Notes: a model not told the origin generated them from the sequence alone. A DNA stretch of 64,000 bases from an uncultured virus (IMG/VR IMGVR_UViG_3300034157_000062) (IMGVR_UViG_3300034157_000062), one strand, 5' to 3'; counted from the first letter of the stretch, positions 29,514 to 40,599 are shown. Translations and numbers: made by a program.

Positions 29514-29948
29514 TTAATAATAAACACCATTAAAACCTAATACACATTTAACATTGGGATTTTTATCCAAATAGTCTTGATTATGTGCAGACGCTGGAAT
29601 ATACCTGCCCATTCGGTGTATCTTGGTCTTTGACTCACCTACTCTACCAGAAAGCTTTATCTTTTGATTGAAGTGGTTAAATGCATACAAAATGTTGGGA
29701 TAGTGACCTTCATTAGTGTAAAAAAGATAACTTTGATATTTTTCAGGAATATCGGTTAATGTGAAGGAGTGATTCTCAAAAAACGTTCCCAAGTATTTAT
29801 CTAACTGTTCTAAACTTGAATACGATATTTCAAGTAATTCAACACCATTTTCTGTATACCCTACATTCGTTTCTAGTTCTGGGTAGTGTTTCTTAAATAA
29901 GTATTGTGAACTCCAAAAACAGCCCATGCCTAAATATAATTTATCCAT
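29514..29948 (-). CDS. msrA: Minimal peptide methionine sulfoxide reductase A-like protein
   Basis: GMGCFWS (MsrA GCFWG), KYQS, HNQDYLDKNP...C; start reassigned to MDKLY. Confidence 0.7.
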   Translation of the reverse strand: MDKLYLGMGCFWSSQYLFKKHYPELETNVGYTENGVELLEISYSSLEQLDKYLGTFFENHSFTLTDIPEKYQSYLFYTNEGHYPNILYAFNHFNQKIKLSGRVGESKTKIHRMGRYIPASAHNQDYLDKNPNVKCVLGFNGVYY

Positions 29949-30054
29949 TGCAAGCCCCATTATGGTTTTAATACTATTATACTGGATATAAATTTCTTTA
30001 CAAACGACCACGAATACTGTATTGTAAGAAATTAATTCAAATAAGGAGGATATC

Positions 30055-30495
30055 ATGACATTAAAAGATGAAATATCACAAGCACGAATCAAAGCATTGA
30101 GAGAAAAAGATAACCTTACTAAAACAGCAGTAGGTTATATTCTTTCCGCTATCAAACAACAAGAAGTGGATACAAAAAAAGAAGTGACTGATGTGGATGT
30201 CATTGCTATTTTGAAGACGTTGATTCGTCAACGTAAAGACTCCATTGAAAAATATCCTGATATTAAAGAATTGGTAGAAAGAGACTCCGCAGAAATTGCT
30301 CTATTGTCTAAATACATGCCAGTTCAATTATCGGAAGATGAAGTAATGTTGATTATTCGAGACGGTATTGTTGCAGCTAGAGCTGTTAAACCTATTGTTG
30401 CATCGGGTGAAGTCATGAAGCTGATTAAAGATAAGTTACATGGTAAGACAGACATGAGTAAAGTAAAAGGGTTGGTCGAAAAAGAACTTGGTTAA
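30055..30495 (+). CDS. yqeY: GatB/YqeY domain protein
   Basis: MTLKDEI..ALREKD..SAIKQQEVD..RQRKDSIE..YMPVQLSEDEV..GKTDMS. Confidence 0.88.
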   Translation: MTLKDEISQARIKALREKDNLTKTAVGYILSAIKQQEVDTKKEVTDVDVIAILKTLIRQRKDSIEKYPDIKELVERDSAEIALLSKYMPVQLSEDEVMLIIRDGIVAARAVKPIVASGEVMKLIKDKLHGKTDMSKVKGLVEKELG

Positions 30496-30528
30496 CAAGT
30501 TCTTTTTTTTTATCTTCATTTTATATCG

Positions 30529-31371
30529 TTATTTTTTGAAGGTTATCGGTATATACTCAGCAACATCACAAGACTTCACAAGATGATAGTCCTTTATTTG
30601 ACTAATATTTTCAAATGTATCATTTCCGACCTTAACAGAAGTCCATCCAGTTTCTTTTTGTTTCTTAACAAACATTATACAAGTTTCACGATTTTTAACA
30701 TGTGTGTAGGTGACTTCAAAGTTATTTACGCCTGAGCCTAGTAGAGTAACTTCACCATCCCAGCGATTCATTAATTTATTATTAACAATAGGTAAGGTTT
30801 CAGGGATCGCTCTATCTTTAAAAGCAATCACTGTGTTCAACTTGAAATCACCTTTCTCTTGATACAAATTAGTTACATTTTTATAAAGGGTGGTGACATT
30901 CTCTGTTTCATATTGAACGTTAACTCTGTCTTTTGTTACCCCATATAAAGTGATTATAATCGCTATAAGACCTAAGAAAAGACCAAAAATCATTAATATT
31001 GGTAATAAATGTGTTTCAGGGCTGACCAAAAATTTTCCAGCTTCTTCTGGTGTATTGCACCACTTGATTATATCAATAGCCGCATCGCTGGGTGTTAAGC
31101 CTTTATTATAGGACTCTTCTAATTTTTTTAGATCCTCTTCAACCAACTGAAATGTATGTTTTCTGTTTTTTTCGAAATCTTCATAACTATCTAAGGCTTC
31201 TTGACCCATATCTGGAATGTCTTTGTACATCATTTTAATAATGAGTGTTGGTCGCTTTAAAAATGCATTAAGTGTCTTTCCATCTGGCACAAGGAAATGT
31301 TCTTCAAATTCTAATAATAACGCTAATTTATAAGAGGCATCTTTCAACCATTCTTCTTTTTTATCAATCAT
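30529..31371 (-). CDS. Membrane-anchored protein with PilS-like type IVb pilin domain
   Basis: One central TM segment, then NRWDGEVTL...FEVTYTHV...C...C pattern. Confidence 0.55.
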   Translation of the reverse strand: MIDKKEEWLKDASYKLALLLEFEEHFLVPDGKTLNAFLKRPTLIIKMMYKDIPDMGQEALDSYEDFEKNRKHTFQLVEEDLKKLEESYNKGLTPSDAAIDIIKWCNTPEEAGKFLVSPETHLLPILMIFGLFLGLIAIIITLYGVTKDRVNVQYETENVTTLYKNVTNLYQEKGDFKLNTVIAFKDRAIPETLPIVNNKLMNRWDGEVTLLGSGVNNFEVTYTHVKNRETCIMFVKKQKETGWTSVKVGNDTFENISQIKDYHLVKSCDVAEYIPITFKK

Positions 31372-31484
31372 TTATTTTCACCTACTTCATATTATTTAAT
31401 CATTATTACAAATACTGTCAATTAAATATTGTGGACAAAAAAAAGAGCCATCACTGGCTCTTTCTTATATTGCTTTACTATTGA

Positions 31485-33761
31485 TTACTCAGTAGTTGCT
31501 GCTTTTGCTCTTGAACGGCGAGCAGCAGGCTTTTTAGCTACATCACAACCGATCACAAACTCAACTTTACCCTCTTTCATCACAGCTTGAATAACAGATT
31601 TCTCTGGCAACTGTGTGAAGGTAACAAGCTTGGCAAGTGGTAGAGCAATAAGCTCTCTCACAACACGAGCGACTGGACGGGCACCCATTGCTGGCTCATA
31701 ACCCTTCGCTGACAACTCATCCAACACTGCTTTTTCAACTTCAAGTGTAAATCCTTTCTTAGCCGCTTCTGCATAGATTGGAGCAAGGTTTTTGTTCACG
31801 ATGTTCAAGATCATCTCTTTGTCAATCGCTTTAAACTCTACCATGCCATCAAGACGGTTACGGAATTCAGGAGCAAAGATTTTATTCACTTGTTCCCAGT
31901 TTACCAAACTACTTACAGCTTGTTCGTTCTTAACAAAACCGATACCGTTTTTCTCTTGTGCAGACAACTTGATACCAGCGTTTGATGTCATGATGATAAC
32001 AGTGTTACGGAAGTCGATTTTGCGACCTTCTGAGTCAGTCATGAAACCATAATCAAGCACTTGCAAGAAAGCGTTAAATACATCAGGGTTCGCCTTCTCA
32101 AATTCGTCCAAGAGGATTACAGAGTAAGGGTTCTTGTTGACTTGCTCAGTAAGCAAACCACCTTTACCATGACCCACATAACCAGCCGGGGCACCGATCA
32201 ACTTAGAAACAGTATGAGATTCCATGTATTCTGACATGTCAAAACGTAGCAAGCTCATGTTCATTTCTTTGGCAAGTTGTTTAGCCAACTCAGTTTTACC
32301 AACACCAGTAGGACCGATGAACAAGTAAGAACCGATAGGCTTCTCAGCAGAGCCGAAACCACTTTTGTTCAATACGATTGCGTCAACAATCTTTTCAACA
32401 GCACCATCTTGACCGAAAATTTGTTTCTTGATATTTGAGTCAAGGTTTTTCAATTGTTCGCTGATGACACCTTCAACTTCTTTAACAGGTTGTTTAGCCA
32501 TTTTAGAAATAACTTCTTCTACAAGGGCAACAGTAACCACTTTTTCAGTCATACGAAGTTTAGCGTAAGCACCGGTTTCATCGAGAACGTCGATTGCCTT
32601 GTCAGGGAACTTCTTGTTGTGCAAGAAACGAGCTGAAAGGTTAACAATGCTAGCGATAGCGGCATCTTCATACGTTACACCATGACCTTTTTCGTATTGA
32701 CTTTTGATTTGCTTCAACACATGCAATGTTGCTTCTGGTGACAGTTCATCCAAGTCAACCTTGTTGAAACGGCGAGAAAGTGCAGAGTTTTTTTCGAAAA
32801 TCTGACGATATTCCTCAGTCGTTGTAGCACCGATGCAACGGATTTTACCAGAAGACAAGTAAGGCTTCAATGTGTTACCAATGTCCATGCCACCTTCTGA
32901 TTTACCAGAACTGATAATGCTATGGATTTCGTCAATGAAAAGAATAGTGTTGTTGTTTGACACAGCATCAATAATCTTTTTAACACGATCTTCCAAATCA
33001 CCACGGAACTTAGTACCTGCAACCATTCCGTTAACATCAAGAGAAAGAACTTTAAAACCTTTCAATGATTCATGGATGTTACCAGAAGCGATTTTTTGAG
33101 CCAAACCTTCAACCACAGCAGTTTTACCAACACCAGCATCACCAACGATGATCGGGTTGTTTTTCTTACGGCGAGAAAGGATTTCCTCAATGCGGTCAAC
33201 TTCTTCAACACGACCGATCATTGGTTCAAGTTTACCTTGTGCTGCTTGTTCAGTAAGGTCAGTCACGAATGAACGTACCAACTGACTTACGTTAGTGTTG
33301 TTACCATGACGTTCTTCTTCCATTACGGCTTTGTTACGTTGGTTATCGTATTCTACAAGTTGTTCAATTTTCAAATTGCTCTTAGTCAACGCTTCTTGTG
33401 CTGGCAAGTGTGAGGTTTCGAGGATAGTAATCAACAAGTCAATTTCATCAAGTTCAGTGCGACTCACACTCAAAATTTTCATAATGGTACGTTGCATCAC
33501 TTTTTCCATTGTTGCGGAATGTTTTAGATCTTTACTTAGAGTGCGAGGTTTGTTAACCTCAACAGTTGTCTTCAAATTATTTTGAAGTTCATGTACGTTA
33601 ATTTTGTTGATATTAAGTATATTTTGGAACTCAACACTGAAGTCAACCATTTTCAGTAAGAGATATTCAGGAGAAAGTAGACCGTTATTCTCATCGAACA
33701 CTTTGCCACGGATTGCTGCAAAAATTTTAATTAGGCTTTCAGACATATTAGCATTGCTCAT
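31485..33761 (-). CDS. clpA: ATP-dependent Clp protease ATPase subunit, ClpA-type
   Basis: Two AAA modules ([25 protein letters not shown]), GTKFRG and GYVG pore loops, IGF ClpP-docking loop, no ClpB middle domain; GGAG-led ATG at 33761. Confidence 0.93.
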   Translation of the reverse strand: MSNANMSESLIKIFAAIRGKVFDENNGLLSPEYLLLKMVDFSVEFQNILNINKINVHELQNNLKTTVEVNKPRTLSKDLKHSATMEKVMQRTIMKILSVSRTELDEIDLLITILETSHLPAQEALTKSNLKIEQLVEYDNQRNKAVMEEERHGNNTNVSQLVRSFVTDLTEQAAQGKLEPMIGRVEEVDRIEEILSRRKKNNPIIVGDAGVGKTAVVEGLAQKIASGNIHESLKGFKVLSLDVNGMVAGTKFRGDLEDRVKKIIDAVSNNNTILFIDEIHSIISSGKSEGGMDIGNTLKPYLSSGKIRCIGATTTEEYRQIFEKNSALSRRFNKVDLDELSPEATLHVLKQIKSQYEKGHGVTYEDAAIASIVNLSARFLHNKKFPDKAIDVLDETGAYAKLRMTEKVVTVALVEEVISKMAKQPVKEVEGVISEQLKNLDSNIKKQIFGQDGAVEKIVDAIVLNKSGFGSAEKPIGSYLFIGPTGVGKTELAKQLAKEMNMSLLRFDMSEYMESHTVSKLIGAPAGYVGHGKGGLLTEQVNKNPYSVILLDEFEKANPDVFNAFLQVLDYGFMTDSEGRKIDFRNTVIIMTSNAGIKLSAQEKNGIGFVKNEQAVSSLVNWEQVNKIFAPEFRNRLDGMVEFKAIDKEMILNIVNKNLAPIYAEAAKKGFTLEVEKAVLDELSAKGYEPAMGARPVARVVRELIALPLAKLVTFTQLPEKSVIQAVMKEGKVEFVIGCDVAKKPAARRSRAKAATTE

Positions 33762-34007
33762 AGAATCTCCTTTTGTTTTCAATTCTTTCCGCTATTATAT
33801 GATAGAAAAATCACATATGTCAATCTTTTTTTTCAATTCATTTAATATAGTTCCATGCTATATATAGAAGAAAAAGATCAGGTGCTAGACAGATCCTCTT
33901 GTTTTTCCTATTTATAAAATATTTTTAAAAATTAAGCATTAAAGTATTGTCTTAGTGTAACTGTTGTGATAGAATAGCCTCACTAAATTGAAATCAGGAG
34001 TATTAGT

Positions 34008-34391
34008 ATGAACACAGAGAATAACACCATTGACATCGAAGAACTAGAAGAAGCCCAAGCAGAATTTGAAACTGGCATTAAAGATGATCGTGGTCCAACC
34101 CGTAAACAACTTGCTAAAATTGAAGAAGATTACTCTGATGTATTAAAAGTTGAAGTAGAAACAGGCGAAGGCTTAGAAGAATTAAGTGACATTGATAAAG
34201 CACTTATGAAGCGTATCACAAAGTACATTGAAAACGTAAGGCTTGGCAACAAATTAACTTCATCTGAATATGTTAGTGTTCGCAAGTCCCGCGATGATGA
34301 TGAAGACGATGGTGAAGTAAGAGAACTTGATTGCAACTTTGATCGTAATGCTGGTCGTCACTTCTCACGAATGGGCCGTTTTGATGACTAA
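34008..34391 (+). CDS. Acidic hypothetical protein
   Basis: AGGAG SD, D/E-rich sequence, downstream terminator AGAGGC-ttcg-GCCTCT. Confidence 0.75.
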   Translation: MNTENNTIDIEELEEAQAEFETGIKDDRGPTRKQLAKIEEDYSDVLKVEVETGEGLEELSDIDKALMKRITKYIENVRLGNKLTSSEYVSVRKSRDDDEDDGEVRELDCNFDRNAGRHFSRMGRFDD

Positions 34392-34436
34392 ATACTCCTG
34401 AAAATTTTAAAGAGGCTTCGGCCTCTTTTTTTTATT

Positions 34437-35153
34437 TTAAATTTTGCAACTGTCTAAATCATTTATTGTTAAATCTTTAAATGATTTGTTATTCCTTTCA
34501 ATATAGTCATTCATCAGTGATACATTGTACTTATTATTTCGATAATCGAGAATAAAAATCTCAGGTTTAAATTTATGATAACTCACGGGACTAGGATCTG
34601 TTATTTTAGAAAATGTTAGATCGCCATCAATAATATTTTTTGGATTGCTAGCAAAATCACTGCCAAAATCTTCAATGATTAATCGGTTACACGTCAAATA
34701 ATTTTTTAATTCAACAGGTATTCTTATATTTTCAAGATAAAGATGACATTCATCTCTTAATTTTATAGCAATATAAGTTAACGTTAATAGTATTCTTATC
34801 ATGGCAAACACTAATACAGCCATACTGAGCAAGAATAATGCTCCTTCCACCTTATACATATAATAAGCTGCTTTTAAATAGACCGTTAATTCTATTAATT
34901 TGATTACATTTTTAAAGGTTCTGGTAAATAGTGCGGTATACACGTCTGGCATTATTCGATGTTTTATTGATATGTATGCATTGTGTAATGAAGCTATGAA
35001 AATAGTTCCATACAAGACTATCAAAATTGAGTCGAATACAGGTGAAACGTTTGCTTGTAAGAAAGCAATCGTTAGTATTAAAAAAGATAAATTAATGAAA
35101 ACATCATACACATACCAATTTTTAAAATATAAAGAGCTAGTTTCTTTTGTCAT
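34437..35153 (-). CDS. Family C-like 4-TM membrane protein lacking the terminal tag
   Basis: YFKNW N-terminus, four TM segments; ends YIERNNKSFKDLTINDLDSCKI. Confidence 0.65.
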   Translation of the reverse strand: MTKETSSLYFKNWYVYDVFINLSFLILTIAFLQANVSPVFDSILIVLYGTIFIASLHNAYISIKHRIMPDVYTALFTRTFKNVIKLIELTVYLKAAYYMYKVEGALFLLSMAVLVFAMIRILLTLTYIAIKLRDECHLYLENIRIPVELKNYLTCNRLIIEDFGSDFASNPKNIIDGDLTFSKITDPSPVSYHKFKPEIFILDYRNNKYNVSLMNDYIERNNKSFKDLTINDLDSCKI

Positions 35154-35262
35154 TATCCATCGTTCCTATAGTAGTCTTTCTTGTCTAATATAGTAACTTT
35201 AGTAATGCCTAAGTCAATAATGAAAAAAGCCTACGAATAGGCTTTTATTTCATTTTATTATT

Positions 35263-35556
35263 TCAATCGACTTCTTTCTTAATGACATCACCTGTTGCAG
35301 CGTTAATTTTTACATTGAAGTCAGCCTTGTTGGCATCGACTAGATCAACATCATAAACATAAATACCATTATCAAGATCGAGTTCAGTTGATTCTACTGT
35401 TGTACCGGGATATTGTTTAATGGCAATATCATTTAATACTTTGACATCTTTGATGGTACCACTTTCTCTTAGTTTGATAGCTTCGGAATCACTGACATCT
35501 GCAAATGCTACACCTGTTGTTAAAATTGCGGCTAGGGCTAATATGCTTTTTTTCAT
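35263..35556 (-). CDS. Secreted PepSY domain protein
   Basis: Signal peptide ending AFA; EAIKLRESGTI, YPG..ETELD..YVYDVDL..INAATGDVI. Confidence 0.85.
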   Translation of the reverse strand: MKKSILALAAILTTGVAFADVSDSEAIKLRESGTIKDVKVLNDIAIKQYPGTTVESTELDLDNGIYVYDVDLVDANKADFNVKINAATGDVIKKEVD

Positions 35557-35759
35557 AATCTATCCTCCGGTTGTTTGTTAGTTATAATACATTAAAAAAT
35601 GAAAAAATCAAGTTTTTGAATTGAAATTTAAGTTATGGTTAAGGTTTGATATTACGTTTTTCGATTAATCTATGAATAAAATCATTTGAAATTAATTTGG
35701 CTTTTCTTTTGTGTTCTGTATGCTATCCTGAAAATAAAGCCAACTATATTTAAGAAAAT

Positions 35760-35969
35760 ATGCACACACTCTATATAGAAAAAAATCTTCAACAACAAAA
35801 CATTTGTGAAAAGTTCCTGACTTCCGTCAATCAAAATCATCCTGAATTAAAACTTGTTTATTCTTGTGAACAATCTACTGACCTTTCAGTTATCTTTGAA
35901 ATCAACTTCTCTCTGGAACATCGAGCATTAGCAGAAGAGTTGGTGAAAAAACTATACAGCATAAATTGA
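35760..35969 (+). CDS. Small hypothetical protein
   Basis: 69-aa ORF filling an intergenic gap; weak SD. Confidence 0.4.
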   Translation: MHTLYIEKNLQQQNICEKFLTSVNQNHPELKLVYSCEQSTDLSVIFEINFSLEHRALAEELVKKLYSIN

Positions 35970-36019
35970 CTTTTATTCTTTATAAATTACACTAATAAAA
36001 TATATTTCAGGAGAATTTT

Positions 36020-37096
36020 ATGAGAAAAACAATTTTGGCACTCGCAATATTGAGTGGTATCTCTTTTCAGGCGAATGCACAATTGTCTGGTGATGATTTA
36101 ATGGATATCTCGGATATTCTTAATGATACACCAACAGCACCAGCAAAAACACCAGAAAAAGAAAAAACGAAACCCGTTGAAACAAAAAAAACAGAAACGG
36201 TTAAAGTAGAAAAGAAAGCTTCCACACCTGTTAAAGAAACCAAAGGTTCAAAACCAGAAGTGATTGTTGTTCCTACTGATACTGATAAGCCTGTTGTTGA
36301 TGTTCCAGTCGTTGAGAAGTCAAAAACTATTCCGACGCTTGTTGTTCCAGTCTCTGGCACTAACTTTGTGTTGAATGTCAAAAGGCTTAACAAAAGTATC
36401 ATTACTAAAACATTAAGCAAAGATGAAATTGCAATGGGTATTATGACGGGTGTTGCTGATGATCACAAAACAGATAAAGAAGTCGTCGCTTTTGTTGATG
36501 AAGCTAACAAGAATAAAATTGTCAGTTTTTCAAACTACGTTGAAGAGCCAAATGTTTATGTCGGTAAGAAAGCAACCATTGATAAAGTGACGGGTAAAGA
36601 AACAGTTAAAGAAGAATTAGGTACTTTGGTGTATGGTTACGGCTATATTATTCAAATAAAAGAGTATGATAAAAAGAATAATAGAGTTTCTGTCAGATTA
36701 GACTACACCAACAAAGCAATTTCTTCGTATGAAGAAGCTGAAGTCACAACAACAGAAGGTGTTCTTACTAAGGTTAAGATTCCAACCATTAAAACATCTG
36801 TTACCTCAAACGTATTTTGGGTGAAATTGGAAACGGATTCAAAACAATCAATCAAAGTTGATGATAAGCATTACTTAGAAATTGTAATGGGACGTGTATT
36901 ACCGTATGTTCAACCAGTTATCGCTGTTGACTTTAAGAAGATAGCCGCCGATGAAAAAGCCGCTAAGGAAGCTGTCATTAAAGCAGAGCAAGATAAGATT
37001 AAAGCTGCAGCCGCTGCCAAAGAAGCTGAAAAGTTAAATGCAATCAAGGCTGAAAACAACTTGTATGAAGATTTAGAAAGTGATTTAAAGAAATAA
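36020..37096 (+). CDS. Secreted/periplasmic protein
   Basis: Signal peptide ending ANA; K/P/T/E-rich linker; Ala/Lys coiled-coil tail. Confidence 0.75.
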   Translation: MRKTILALAILSGISFQANAQLSGDDLMDISDILNDTPTAPAKTPEKEKTKPVETKKTETVKVEKKASTPVKETKGSKPEVIVVPTDTDKPVVDVPVVEKSKTIPTLVVPVSGTNFVLNVKRLNKSIITKTLSKDEIAMGIMTGVADDHKTDKEVVAFVDEANKNKIVSFSNYVEEPNVYVGKKATIDKVTGKETVKEELGTLVYGYGYIIQIKEYDKKNNRVSVRLDYTNKAISSYEEAEVTTTEGVLTKVKIPTIKTSVTSNVFWVKLETDSKQSIKVDDKHYLEIVMGRVLPYVQPVIAVDFKKIAADEKAAKEAVIKAEQDKIKAAAAAKEAEKLNAIKAENNLYEDLESDLKK

Positions 37097-37150
37097 GTAA
37101 GTATCAATACGAAAAATAAGCCTGATGGCTTATTTTTTTTTGATTATTTT

Positions 37151-37855
37151 TTAGTAACTTAATTTTAACTGAAAGTTTAGTCCGCTTGTTTTAAGTCCAG
37201 CACCATTAACAGCACTGTAATCATCAGCGAAAGATAAATTGGATAAGGCGTAAGTAGCAATGAAGCTTAAGTTGTCAACTTTATTGATATTGTTTTTATA
37301 GTAAAGTCCTGACTCTTGGATTTTCTCAGTCGCTAGTTGTGATTCTTTTGTATATAATCCTATATATTCGTTCTTATCAATACTGTAGAACATATCAACA
37401 TAGCTTAATGGAATGGTTGCATTCAGTGATTCTTTACCAGCTTGTGATGATTCTATATCACCCATGTATTGTCTTAATCCACCGCCTAAGTTCATGCCTA
37501 AGTTATAGTCATTTGCAAAGAGTGTGTAATAACTTACTACGTCACCGTATTGAAGGTTAACGTCTACAAAGTTTGCTTGGTTGTTAATATAGGATTTATT
37601 GACTTCGCCGTAATTACTAGAATAGGCATTGTTAGTGTATTCTAGTTTGAAATTAGGAACCCCCATTTCTGTCTTGAGGTCTAAGTAAAATGATTGAGCA
37701 ATTGTGTTGTAATTTAGTTTACCCGCACCTTGTGTTGTGACATTGCTTAATTTAGATGCAGCCCCACCCTCTACTGTGATAGAGTCGTCAGCCATTGCGA
37801 CTGTTGATAATAAACCAGCCATTACTGCTGGTAACATTAACTTGAGGCTTAACAT
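37151..37855 (-). CDS. Outer-membrane beta-barrel-like protein
   Basis: Signal peptide ending AMA; alternating amphipathic strands; C-terminal FQLKLSY (BAM-type aromatic end). Confidence 0.65.
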   Translation of the reverse strand: MLSLKLMLPAVMAGLLSTVAMADDSITVEGGAASKLSNVTTQGAGKLNYNTIAQSFYLDLKTEMGVPNFKLEYTNNAYSSNYGEVNKSYINNQANFVDVNLQYGDVVSYYTLFANDYNLGMNLGGGLRQYMGDIESSQAGKESLNATIPLSYVDMFYSIDKNEYIGLYTKESQLATEKIQESGLYYKNNINKVDNLSFIATYALSNLSFADDYSAVNGAGLKTSGLNFQLKLSY

Positions 37856-37931
37856 TACTTACTCGATTGTTTTGTTTTTACATGTTAGACTAAAAAAAGT
37901 GATAAATCAACATTATATTGTAACTATTTTA

Positions 37932-38594
37932 TTAAATTTTTAATCTTGTTGATCGTTTCGTTGAATGATCTTCGCTAAGATCTGTAATTATTTTATTATT
38001 TTTTTTTAATTCCATTTCCTTCATTTCTTCAATCCAATTAAGTATTCTTAATTTATGTTCAGGTCTTCTAAGGTTGAATATTGGCACTTGAAAATGGCAA
38101 GCTAATCGCATGGCTGTTCGGGTGCCACCTGTGCTTCTACTCATTTCAGATAAGTCAATGGCTCCATCATTGGTATAGCACACTAAAAATTTTGAAGGAT
38201 TTTTTAAATTATCACCTAACACTTGAAACACATTTCTGGTGTGAAGCTTGACGGTCATTAGTCCACCATCACCCCTACTGTTCAATAAGTTATCCCAGTC
38301 TTCATGTAAATCATATTTGGACACAATATACATCGCATCTCTAACTAATTCAGTGTCATCTATAAATCTTCCCACAATACCATCATCTTTTCGCCAATTT
38401 AAGCGAGGTAAAAAGATATTTGAATAGTTAGACACACCTTTTTGAAAAGCTTCGTCAGCTCCCCATGATCCGCCACTTCTTAATGTCCAACCTGTTTTAT
38501 TGAGATACGTTGCCAGTTCAGTCATTATGGCTAAATATTCAGCAGGTGTTTCTCGTGAACCAATCCCTGTATAAAACTTTTCTAATATTGTCAT
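37932..38594 (-). CDS. SLOG/DprA-Smf-like Rossmann-fold protein
   Basis: YTGIGSRETP, LRSGGxxGADEAF, RNVFQVLG, GGTRTA, IFNL. Confidence 0.8.
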   Translation of the reverse strand: MTILEKFYTGIGSRETPAEYLAIMTELATYLNKTGWTLRSGGSWGADEAFQKGVSNYSNIFLPRLNWRKDDGIVGRFIDDTELVRDAMYIVSKYDLHEDWDNLLNSRGDGGLMTVKLHTRNVFQVLGDNLKNPSKFLVCYTNDGAIDLSEMSRSTGGTRTAMRLACHFQVPIFNLRRPEHKLRILNWIEEMKEMELKKNNKIITDLSEDHSTKRSTRLKI

Positions 38595-38764
38595 CTTATC
38601 TCAATTTGTCTATTATTATATTGTAACACAACGAAATATAATTACATCTTTTTAGACTAAATAATTGGTTATTATTAACATTAAATTTTATTAAAAACCA
38701 TTGTTAAATGTGCAAAAAAAATGGCCTACTGATTAAAGTAAGCCATGTTATTTAGAACTCTTAT

Positions 38765-39277
38765 TTAAATGTAAGCCGATTTCTCTTTGATGTAATAATC
38801 TTTAACAAGCAAATACAGATTTTTACCATTTGTTTCAATCGTCACATCTGCTTTATCTTTATTGCCATTAACTATTACAACAGGACTGTCTTTAACAACT
38901 CTTATCGTTCTGCCTAACTTCAATTCTTGACCATCAGCAAATAATACTTTGTCACCATCAAGCACGCCATCACCCAAAATTGATTTAGCTACAGACAACT
39001 GACGAAAGAAATCACGTTCTGTTGGTTTCTTTTCTTTGACTTCAAATTTCATGTCAAAGACATCTTCCAAATCAATCGGATCAGGAATGACATAAATACT
39101 TTTTGAAGGTGTCTTCACCACAATGTATTTGGCAGTCATTAATTCTTCGATTTGCACTTGGCCTATTTTATTGAATGCTTTAACAACACCCTTGTAAACA
39201 ACACCATTGTCGCCTATAAAGATAGCTTCTTTTTCTTTTTCAATAACTTTACCAACAATATCGACTATTTCATTCAT
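38765..39277 (-). CDS. Hypothetical protein
   Basis: GGAG-led ATG at 39277; the ORF-track start runs through a terminator. Confidence 0.7.
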   Translation of the reverse strand: MNEIVDIVGKVIEKEKEAIFIGDNGVVYKGVVKAFNKIGQVQIEELMTAKYIVVKTPSKSIYVIPDPIDLEDVFDMKFEVKEKKPTERDFFRQLSVAKSILGDGVLDGDKVLFADGQELKLGRTIRVVKDSPVVIVNGNKDKADVTIETNGKNLYLLVKDYYIKEKSAYI

Positions 39278-39382
39278 AAATATCTCCATTTCATTTTGTA
39301 AAATTTTAACTTGACAAGCCACAAATGTCAAATTATCGGCACCTAACAAAAAACCCGCATGGGCGGGTCTTTGTATCACACG

Positions 39383-39619
39383 TTAAGCAGCACGTTTTTT
39401 GACTCTTGCGTAGTAACCTTTTGAAACAAGATAAACTTGTTTGTCAGATTCTTTAATCGTAAGCTCTCTTTTGTTGCCTTTACCAATTACTTTCAATGAA
39501 CCATCTTCGGTTATCTCCAACACTCGGCCTATTTGTAACGTGCCGTGAGTAGTAGCATATAAGATCTGGTCATCTTTTAATAATTCCTTACCTTTGATGT
39601 CTTTAATTTCTGTATTCAT
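39383..39619 (-). CDS. Small SH3/KOW-like hypothetical protein
   Basis: KDIKGKELLKDDQILYA...IGRVLEIT; GAGG SD. Confidence 0.7.
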   Translation of the reverse strand: MNTEIKDIKGKELLKDDQILYATTHGTLQIGRVLEITEDGSLKVIGKGNKRELTIKESDKQVYLVSKGYYARVKKRAA

Positions 39620-39717
39620 AACATATACCTCTATTTGTTAATTGTCTAAATATTAGCATAGAATAATGATATTGTCAACATTATGAACCATACCGTTCAT
39701 CGCACGGTAATCCTTAA

Positions 39718-40599
39718 TTATTTATTTTTTCCTACAAACATACCACAAGAAGCCTTTACATCAAAGCCTACTTTGGGTACTACCCTATATTGAGAAGGTT
39801 TTAAAAGATCGACCAATATAGCTACGTTTCTGTCAATTACAGCTTCATCAGACTCTACACCGTATTTATCAGAAAAAGGGTTGTATCTTACAATATTCAA
39901 GTTGACTTTCAAGTCAATTTTATTAATGGCTTCTGCCATGTTAACCATGTCTTGTTCAGAATCATTTTCACCTTTAATGAAAGCAAAGTGAATTTTTGGT
40001 GTCTTACCATTGTAATCTTGCCACTCTTTTAGAAGCTCTAAACTTTTTTGATAAGGTAATGCTCTGGCTAACCATTTCTTTCTAAATTTTTCATTAGTGC
40101 TGTAAATGGAGTAGTAGATCTCTGGTAAGGTATTAGGGAAAATATCAACCAATGTACGGTCACCCATACTGTCAGGCATAATAGTTGAAATAAGATATTT
40201 TGCATCCAATCCGCGAATGCGGGCCATCTCACCATAAGTACCCAGTAAGCGTTCGTTGTCATTAAGAACAACTGGGTTATTTAATGCTTCGCCGCGTGCC
40301 ATGAAGTTGTAATGAACAAGTTTTGCTTTCTTTTCTTGAATATCATAATGTTCATAAACAAGAGCAGCTTGTTTGACCAATTCTTCATAAGAAGCATTTT
40401 CAAGTTTATTTTGACCAGTGGCTGTCAAGTGACACATTCTGCAGGCTTGATCACAACCTGATTGAGAGGACACGTAAATGATGAAGTAATCATCTTCACG
40501 ACGAACGAAGCGAGCTTCGTATTGACCGATTTGAGAGGCTGGATAGATGATGTTTAAGGATTGGTCTATTTGACTTTGTTTTCTAATAATATCGCTCAT
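39718..40599 (-). CDS. RlmN/Cfr-related radical SAM protein (short, divergent)
   Basis: VSSQSGCDQACRMCHLT (CxxxCxxC), FMARGEAL, GEND, VRYNP, DVKASCGMF. Confidence 0.85.
   Translation of the reverse strand: MSDIIRKQSQIDQSLNIIYPASQIGQYEARFVRREDDYFIIYVSSQSGCDQACRMCHLTATGQNKLENASYEELVKQAALVYEHYDIQEKKAKLVHYNFMARGEALNNPVVLNDNERLLGTYGEMARIRGLDAKYLISTIMPDSMGDRTLVDIFPNTLPEIYYSIYSTNEKFRKKWLARALPYQKSLELLKEWQDYNGKTPKIHFAFIKGENDSEQDMVNMAEAINKIDLKVNLNIVRYNPFSDKYGVESDEAVIDRNVAILVDLLKPSQYRVVPKVGFDVKASCGMFVGKNK

Noticed and set aside
29949..30092. ORF-track N-terminal extension of MsrA, and similar extensions at 39379, 46151(-) and 9464
   Set aside because: The extensions run across promoters, terminators or neighbouring genes. 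Downstream ATGs with an SD or the family N-terminus fit better.
31792..33867. Plus-strand ORFs inside clpA, and similar antisense ORFs inside pnkp, ileS and coaDE
   Set aside because: Shadow ORFs opposite strongly supported genes; no SD or motifs.
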